Assembly: GCA_017476165.1 (NCBI GenBank)
Contig: JAFVDR010000101.1
Coordinates: 1 to 42,679, forward strand
DNA from: Treponema sp.
GTDB taxonomy: Bacteria > Spirochaetota > Spirochaetia > Treponematales > Treponemataceae
Length of the DNA stretch: 42,679 bases
Reading direction: 5' to 3'
Both the position numbers and the translations under genes were made by a program. Under the pieces are notes generated by a model. The model did not search any database, was not told the DNA's origin, and saw only the letters and a program-made list of their open reading frames with translations. This document shows, one piece after another, positions 36,841-42,679 of the stretch (position 1 is the first letter of the stretch; each line of letters begins with the position of its first letter).

Positions 36841-37886
36841 GCAATACATTGTTGGCACTTGCAAGCAAAAGAAAGAAGCTTGACAGCAGTAACTTTCTGC
36901 TGTTCGTAACTATATGTTTGTTTATTGTAATGTATATACTGGGCATCGTCATTTACCATGATGTCGGTTTCGGCCGCACCCAGATATTTTTGAACATGCT
37001 CATTGACAATGCCGGTCTTCTGATTGCAGCTTCGGGCATGACCATGGTCATGATAACAGGTGGAATTGATATTTCCGTCGGTTCTGTCATCGGTCTTGTC
37101 TGCATGATTCTTTCGTATGGCATGGAACGCATGGGCGTGAGCGTCCTTACGTCCGTTCTGATCGTATTGGTCTTTGGCGTAGTGTTCGGAGCATTCCAAG
37201 GATGGCTCATTTCCTACATGGAACTTCAGCCGTTCATCATTACGCTTGCCGGTTTGTTCGGCTGCCGTGGCATTACCGCCATCATCAGCTCTGAGCAGAT
37301 TGCCATTACCAAGGGTGAATCATTCCTTGCCTTTGCAAAGGTGGACATAAATCTTCCTGCATTCCTTGGCTATCACAACAGGCGCGGTGACTTGATTGCA
37401 CCATTCATCCATCCGAGCGTACTGATTGCAATTGCAACCGTATTCATCATGTGGTACATCCTTAAGTACACGCGATTTGGACGCAACCTGTACGCCATCG
37501 GCGGCAACGAACAGTCTGCACTTTTGATGGGAATCAACGTCAAAAAGACAAAGTTCATTGCCTACATGCTAGAAGGCTTCCTTGCTTCGCTTGCAGGCGT
37601 TGTATTCTGCTTGAACACAACGGCAGGCTTTGTTGAACAGGCCCGTGGTTTTGAAATGGAAGCCATATCTTCTGCCGTTATCGGTGGTACCATGCTGACC
37701 GGTGGTGTCGGTTCCGTCATTGGAACGATATTCGGCGTTTTGATAAAAGCAACTATTGAGACATTGATACGCTGCCAGGGTACTTTGTCTTCATGGTGGA
37801 ATAAGATTGTTCTTTCTGTTATTCTTTGCTTCTTTATAGTGCTTCAGAGCGTTATCATCATGTCAAAGAATAAAAACAAAAAATAG
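36837..37886 (+). CDS. sugar ABC transporter permease (YjfF-like)
   Basis: GGIDISVGS, LQPFIITLAG, TRFGRNLYAIGGNE, EMEAISSAVIGG. Confidence 0.92.
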   Translation: MSNTLLALASKRKKLDSSNFLLFVTICLFIVMYILGIVIYHDVGFGRTQIFLNMLIDNAGLLIAASGMTMVMITGGIDISVGSVIGLVCMILSYGMERMGVSVLTSVLIVLVFGVVFGAFQGWLISYMELQPFIITLAGLFGCRGITAIISSEQIAITKGESFLAFAKVDINLPAFLGYHNRRGDLIAPFIHPSVLIAIATVFIMWYILKYTRFGRNLYAIGGNEQSALLMGINVKKTKFIAYMLEGFLASLAGVVFCLNTTAGFVEQARGFEMEAISSAVIGGTMLTGGVGSVIGTIFGVLIKATIETLIRCQGTLSSWWNKIVLSVILCFFIVLQSVIIMSKNKNKK

Positions 37887-37928
37887 GACATCCTAAAGGA
37901 TTCCTAATCCTGTTCCGTTTTTTCCTCC

Positions 37929-37970
37929 GCCGAAAAGGGAGATTTCAAGATTCCCCTTTTCGGCTTTTTT
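37929..37970 (+). terminator. intrinsic terminator after the ABC operon
   Basis: GCCGAAAAGGG...CCCTTTTCGGC followed by TTTTTT. Confidence 0.8.
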
Positions 37971-37991
37971 ATTATGGGGTATACTTTATGC

Positions 37992-39026
37992 ATGTGCAAA
38001 AATAAATCGAGGTTACGTTTTGTCGGGACAGCTGTGCTTGCCGCGGCAGTTTTAATTGCCGGAGTATTGGCAGGATGTACAAAGCCTGCACCCAAAGAAC
38101 ACATTGAACCCGATGCTGCTCACGACAAGCTCATCGTAGGTTTTTCCCAAATAGGTGCAGAAAGTGCATGGCGCATTTTCAACTCAAAGTCAATGCAGTC
38201 TGCTGCCGACAAGGAAGGCATTCAGCTGTTGTTTTCCAATGCAGAGCAAAAGCAGGAAAATCAAATAAAGGCAATCCGCTCGTTCATCATGTATCAGGTG
38301 GATGTCATTGTGTTTGTGCCCATCGTGCAGGACGGATGGGATCTTGTGCTGAAAGATGCAAAGGATGCCGGCATCCCGGTGATAATCTGCGACAGGAAAA
38401 TTGTCACCGAAGACGAGTCTCTGTATGCAGGGTACATAGGAACTGACAGTGCCGAAGAAGGGCGCAATGCCGCAAAGTTTTTGCAAAAAAAATACGCTGA
38501 TGTCAATCGCCTGATACGTATTCTTGAAATTCGCGGCACTGACGGTTCTTCTGCATCCGATGACAGGATGAAGGGCTTTCACGAAATCATTGACAGTGAC
38601 ACGCGTTTTTCCATTGTCTACAGCGAAAGCGGAGACTTTATGCGCTCTCGCGGAAAGGAAATTGCACGGAACATTCTGGAACAGAACGGCAACAGGCTTG
38701 CCATTGACGGTAATGCAGTAGACGTCATCCTTTCTGCAAACGACGGCATGACGCTGGGCTTTCTTGAAGTGCTGAACGAACACGGCATAAAGACAGGCTC
38801 CGACATAACGGTCGTAACGTTCGATGCCCAGCAAGAGGCAATGGACAGGCTCATTGCAGGCGAAATCAACTGCGTGCTGGAATGCAATCCGGATCTTGGC
38901 ATGCAGGTCATGTCCCTTGTAAAGAAAGTCGCTGCTCATGAACATATTCCTCGAAGCACCCACGTTGCCGAACGCGTTTTTTCTGAGTTTGACGATTTAA
39001 GTGACATTGCACCGCGGGGATACTGA
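37992..39026 (+). CDS. second YtfQ-like sugar-binding lipoprotein, probably sensor-associated
   Basis: Lipobox LAGC; VGFSQIGAESAWR, EQKQENQIKAIR, ECNP; 5 nt upstream of the sensor kinase. Confidence 0.88.
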   Translation: MCKNKSRLRFVGTAVLAAAVLIAGVLAGCTKPAPKEHIEPDAAHDKLIVGFSQIGAESAWRIFNSKSMQSAADKEGIQLLFSNAEQKQENQIKAIRSFIMYQVDVIVFVPIVQDGWDLVLKDAKDAGIPVIICDRKIVTEDESLYAGYIGTDSAEEGRNAAKFLQKKYADVNRLIRILEIRGTDGSSASDDRMKGFHEIIDSDTRFSIVYSESGDFMRSRGKEIARNILEQNGNRLAIDGNAVDVILSANDGMTLGFLEVLNEHGIKTGSDITVVTFDAQQEAMDRLIAGEINCVLECNPDLGMQVMSLVKKVAAHEHIPRSTHVAERVFSEFDDLSDIAPRGY

Positions 39027-39031
39027 TACAC

Positions 39032-40504
39032 ATGAGAAAGAAACCTTCAAGCATACGTGTAAATATTTTTGCATCGTACATCGTCATCATCTGCTTTATG
39101 ACGATACCTGCGGTGTATTCCATCATTACGTTCAGGCTGCACACATCGCGCTATGACAGGATTATTGCAAATGCCAGCCTTGCAAACCAGCTGCGCTACA
39201 TTGCAAAAGTGGAAATTCAAGACGAAATATGGGACATTGTTGCCGGGTTGATTCCCTTCAACGAAGGCCGCCAGTATTCCATGCTGCGCGAAGTTCGCGT
39301 CGGCATTGCGGAAATGCAAAAGTCCTCGGCAAAGACAGGTTCGGGCACGGAGCTTTTGAGCGTTGCCGCCCGTACGGAAAAGACGCTTGAAAAATATGTC
39401 AGCCTGCTGGAAACTCAAATAAATGACAATGCTCCCGTAGCGGACAATCAGGATGTCATGGAACAGATACGCAGCGTTTCATCGCTGCTTGATGACATAC
39501 TGCAGGATCTGATTATGGAAGAAATCAAGAGCGCATCCCTTGTAAACACAAAGATACATCTGGCATCGCTGTGGCTTTCCGTCATCCAGATTGTGGTTTC
39601 GGTGCTGACGCTGGTCATTGCCGTGTATGCGTCCACCGCCCTGTACAGCATCATCAGAAAACCCATCAGTGACATGGAAATGCATTCTTCGCGGATTGCA
39701 AAGGGAGATTTGTCTGCACGCGTGGAACGTCCGAATGTCATTGAACTTGACCACCTTGCGGCAAACCTGAACGTCATGGCATTCCGCATTCAGCAACTCA
39801 TTAATGAAAACATCGAAGAGCAGAAAAACTTGCAGAAGGCAGAAATGCGCACGCTTCAGGCTCAGATTACCCCTCACTTTCTGTACAACACGTTTGATAC
39901 GATAATCTGGCTTGCCGAATCCGAAGAAACGGAGGAAGTCATTGAAATTACCAAGGCATTCTCCCAGTTTTTCCGCATTTCGCTCAGCAAGGGACATGAC
40001 TGGATTACGGTGGAACAGGAGCTTGAACACGTAAAAAGCTATCTGACCATCCAGAAAATCCGCTATGCAAACATTCTTTCGTACAGCATAGAAGCAGACG
40101 ATGGCATTGGATCAACGCCCATGCTAAAGCTGCTCCTGCAGCCACTCGTAGAAAATGCCATCTATCACGGCATCAAGAACAAGCGCGGGCGGGGCAAGAT
40201 TCGCGTAGAAGCGCGGCTGACCGATGCTTTCGGAATGCGTAATGGCGGCATCTACTTTGCCGTCAGCGATGACGGAATCGGCTTTACTCCCGACCGTCTT
40301 GCCGAAGTATGGGATGAACTGCACAAAAAGACTGATACGGAAGACTTGCATTCCGTGTACGGTCTGTATAATGTTCACAAGAGGCTTGAGCTGTATTATG
40401 ATAAAAAAGTTTCGCTGTTCATAGAAAGCGAGTATGGAAGGGGAACGCGCATTTCGTTTACCGTTCCTGTGAATGTGACTGTTTCAGAGGTGGATGATGT
40501 ATAG
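39032..40504 (+). CDS. YesM/LytS-family sensor histidine kinase
   Basis: Two TM, HAMP, LQAQITPHFLYNT, LLQPLVENAIYHG, DDGIG, YGLYNV. Confidence 0.93.
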   Translation: MRKKPSSIRVNIFASYIVIICFMTIPAVYSIITFRLHTSRYDRIIANASLANQLRYIAKVEIQDEIWDIVAGLIPFNEGRQYSMLREVRVGIAEMQKSSAKTGSGTELLSVAARTEKTLEKYVSLLETQINDNAPVADNQDVMEQIRSVSSLLDDILQDLIMEEIKSASLVNTKIHLASLWLSVIQIVVSVLTLVIAVYASTALYSIIRKPISDMEMHSSRIAKGDLSARVERPNVIELDHLAANLNVMAFRIQQLINENIEEQKNLQKAEMRTLQAQITPHFLYNTFDTIIWLAESEETEEVIEITKAFSQFFRISLSKGHDWITVEQELEHVKSYLTIQKIRYANILSYSIEADDGIGSTPMLKLLLQPLVENAIYHGIKNKRGRGKIRVEARLTDAFGMRNGGIYFAVSDDGIGFTPDRLAEVWDELHKKTDTEDLHSVYGLYNVHKRLELYYDKKVSLFIESEYGRGTRISFTVPVNVTVSEVDDV

Positions 40505-42074
40505 CGTTTTTATAGTAGACGATGAGATGATTGTGCGCGAAGGACTCCGCAGCAAGATTGACTGGGAGCATTCTGCATTTACCTTTGCCGGTGAGGCAGG
40601 AGACGGGGAAATTGCCCTTTCCATGATTCAGGACATCAAGCCCGACATTTTGATTACTGACATCCGAATGCCTTTCATGGACGGTCTTGAACTGGCAAAA
40701 AACGTAAAGAAGCTGCAGCCGTGGATACGCATAATCATATTGTCCGGTCATGATGAGTTTGACTATGCCAAAAAGGCAATCTCCATTGGTGTTGAAGAAT
40801 ATCTTTTAAAGCCCTTTACGCTTGAAGACGTAATGGGCATCCTTGAAAAAATTGCAGTGTCGCTGGACAAGCAGAAGCAGGAATTTTCGGACATTAGCCG
40901 CCTGAAAAGCGAACTGGAGTCGAGCAATGTCCTTGCACGGGAAAAGATGCTGAGCGACCTTGTCCTTGGCGTGCTCGATTCCAGCACGGCAATCCAAAAG
41001 GCTTCTGCATTCAACATTAACCTGATTTCACACTATTACATTGTCAGCGTGAGCGAGATTCATCCAAAGAATGGGGATGTCAATCTTTTGATTGCGGCAA
41101 AATCCTATGTCATGTCGTTTGCAAATGACCGAAGCGACATCATTGGCTTTTTCATTTCTCCAAATACTTTTGTTGCCATCATAAAAGGCAGCGAAAAAGA
41201 AGTTTGCGAAGAAGATGCATTTGCCATTGCCGATTCCCTAAAGCACGAGGTTTCCAAGGCAAACGATACGACTGTAGTGACGGCAATTGGCTCTGCAGTG
41301 GAGCATACTGCAAACATTACAAAGTCGTTCATTCAGGCTTCGGACATCTTGAAGCAGACTAATTTTGTGGACAAGAACAAAGTCATCAGTGCCAATGACA
41401 TTTCCAAAAAAGAGGACTCTCCGATTGTTTTGCAGGAAAACGATCCTCTTGTTGACCGCCTGAACTATGCCGACGAAAGCGAAATTGACCAGATTATAAC
41501 GGAATACATTGCCCTGCTGGGCGAAAACACCGAGCATTTTTCAATCATTGCTTCGTACCTGCTGGTGGATGTCATCATGGCGGTGTCGAAAGTGATAGAG
41601 GACTTGGGCGGGGACGTAAAAGTTGTCATGCCCGAAATATTGTCCCATTCTTTTGTGGACAATGCCGTTCAAAATCAGGACGTGTTCATTGCGGAAATAA
41701 AACGGGTGCTTTCCATGCTGATTGCATTCAGGAATTCCCGCGTGCAGGGAAGGTATGCGGACATTATTTTGCGTGCAAAGAAATATATAGAAGAAAACTA
41801 TGCAAACCCCGACATCTGCCTTAGGATGACTGCCGAAGCCGTGCATTTTAGTCCTAACCATTTCAGCACGATTTTTTCGCAGGACTGCGGCGTTACGTTC
41901 ATTGAGTATTTGACCGGTGTCCGCGTGGAGCAGGCGAAAAAACTCTTGAAAAACTCGGACATGAAGAGTGCGGACATTGCCTACGAAGTGGGCTTCAATG
42001 ATCCTCATTACTTTAGTTTTATCTTTAAAAAAGTTACGGGCATGTCGCCGAGGGAATGGCGCAACAAGGAGTAA
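40497..42074 (+). CDS. YesN-family response regulator (receiver plus AraC domain)
   Basis: IVDDE, LITDIRMPFMDGL, YLLKP; C-terminal AraC HTH IAYEVGFNDPHYFSFIFKKVTGMSP. Confidence 0.93.
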   Translation: MYSVFIVDDEMIVREGLRSKIDWEHSAFTFAGEAGDGEIALSMIQDIKPDILITDIRMPFMDGLELAKNVKKLQPWIRIIILSGHDEFDYAKKAISIGVEEYLLKPFTLEDVMGILEKIAVSLDKQKQEFSDISRLKSELESSNVLAREKMLSDLVLGVLDSSTAIQKASAFNINLISHYYIVSVSEIHPKNGDVNLLIAAKSYVMSFANDRSDIIGFFISPNTFVAIIKGSEKEVCEEDAFAIADSLKHEVSKANDTTVVTAIGSAVEHTANITKSFIQASDILKQTNFVDKNKVISANDISKKEDSPIVLQENDPLVDRLNYADESEIDQIITEYIALLGENTEHFSIIASYLLVDVIMAVSKVIEDLGGDVKVVMPEILSHSFVDNAVQNQDVFIAEIKRVLSMLIAFRNSRVQGRYADIILRAKKYIEENYANPDICLRMTAEAVHFSPNHFSTIFSQDCGVTFIEYLTGVRVEQAKKLLKNSDMKSADIAYEVGFNDPHYFSFIFKKVTGMSPREWRNKE

Positions 42075-42177
42075 CAGAATGTCCAAGCTCGGTGAACTCG
42101 CTCCTGGAGTAAGCTCATCGAGCACGCTCTAGGCTGGAAAAGTCGAAAAGTGAAGGGCGATTGTAGATTAAACTTGA

Positions 42178-42290
42178 TGGCAAAAAGCAGTTTTTTTCCG
42201 CCAGAAAAAAAATTTTTTCTGGCGGATAAATTTTTTTTGCTGGCAGATAAATTTTTTTTTCTGGCGGAAAAATTTTTTTTGCTGGCAGGA
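42178..42290. repeat. 21-bp-period A-tract/T-tract tandem array
   Basis: TGGC (once CGCC) at 42178, 42199, 42220, 42241, 42262, 42283; unit about CTGGCRGAWAAATTTTTTTTK. Confidence 0.85.
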
Positions 42291-42679
42291 AAAGATTTTG
42301 AACCAAAAAGCCCTGCCTGTATATCGGTTTTACTGCCTGATTTTTCCATTTTTGAATGCAAAAAACGTGCTTTTTTTGCCTGTTTCATGTCAAATGTCGT
42401 TTTGTATCTGTGCTAATTCATTGTAATGTAACAGAATGTGTTTTGGGGGCATAACGAGAGGCTTTTCTGCTCCTGCGTTTCATTCAAATCTGGATGCGGA
42501 AAAGGGGATTTGAAGGCCTAGAGAACGCACGAAAAAACCACGGAAATCAGTTTTTGCCTAAGACAGCCAATAAATGCTTTGGATTCATGAGGCAGTCAAA
42601 CATGATGTGAGACATCGGGGTTTTCGGGGAATTTTTGTTTTTATAAATCTTGGCAAGATTCAAGGCAAGTTTCCTTGCG

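Noticed and set aside
42008-42416. ORFs with 7-aa repeats (42008-42388, 42115-42306, 42150-42416)
   Set aside because: Open frames on both strands are a by-product of the 21-bp repeat; no SD or coding signature.

Overview
Bacterial chromosomal segment, most likely from a gut/rumen Treponema-like spirochaete (inferred from gene content and protein style, not verified). Recognisable core genes: xylose isomerase xylA, GAF-type methionine-(R)-sulfoxide reductase, DUF711 protein, GNAT, sugar-binding-domain/GGDEF cyclase, nrdD-nrdG-orf-proA-proB, an MCP, TraX-like protein, NfnAB, kdgK, DUF2974 hydrolase, TIGR02757, siroheme-synthase N-terminal protein, patatin, and a YtfQRT-YjfF-like sugar ABC transporter with a second binding protein and a YesM/YesN pair. 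Accessory AT-rich patches lie at about 0.2-3.1 kb, 22.6-23.3 kb and 25.4-26.9 kb. The most unusual signals are non-coding: (1) seven 17-bp palindromic repeats (TTCCTTA-N3-TAAGGAA) separated by unique 20-24-nt spacers directly upstream of a DUF6261-like gene, with no cas gene in the window; (2) a nested-palindrome element present twice with different arm sequences but the same architecture around CCAGTGTACACTGG, each just upstream of accessory small genes; (3) a second 7-3-7 palindrome cluster (GGAGAYA-N3-TGTCTCC); (4) a 21-bp-period A/T-tract array at the right end. Also noted: an in-frame TAG in the main sugar-binding protein gene, two carbohydrate-enzyme folds with substituted catalytic residues, and many apparently leaderless genes. 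All family assignments come from motif recognition by eye; no searches were run.
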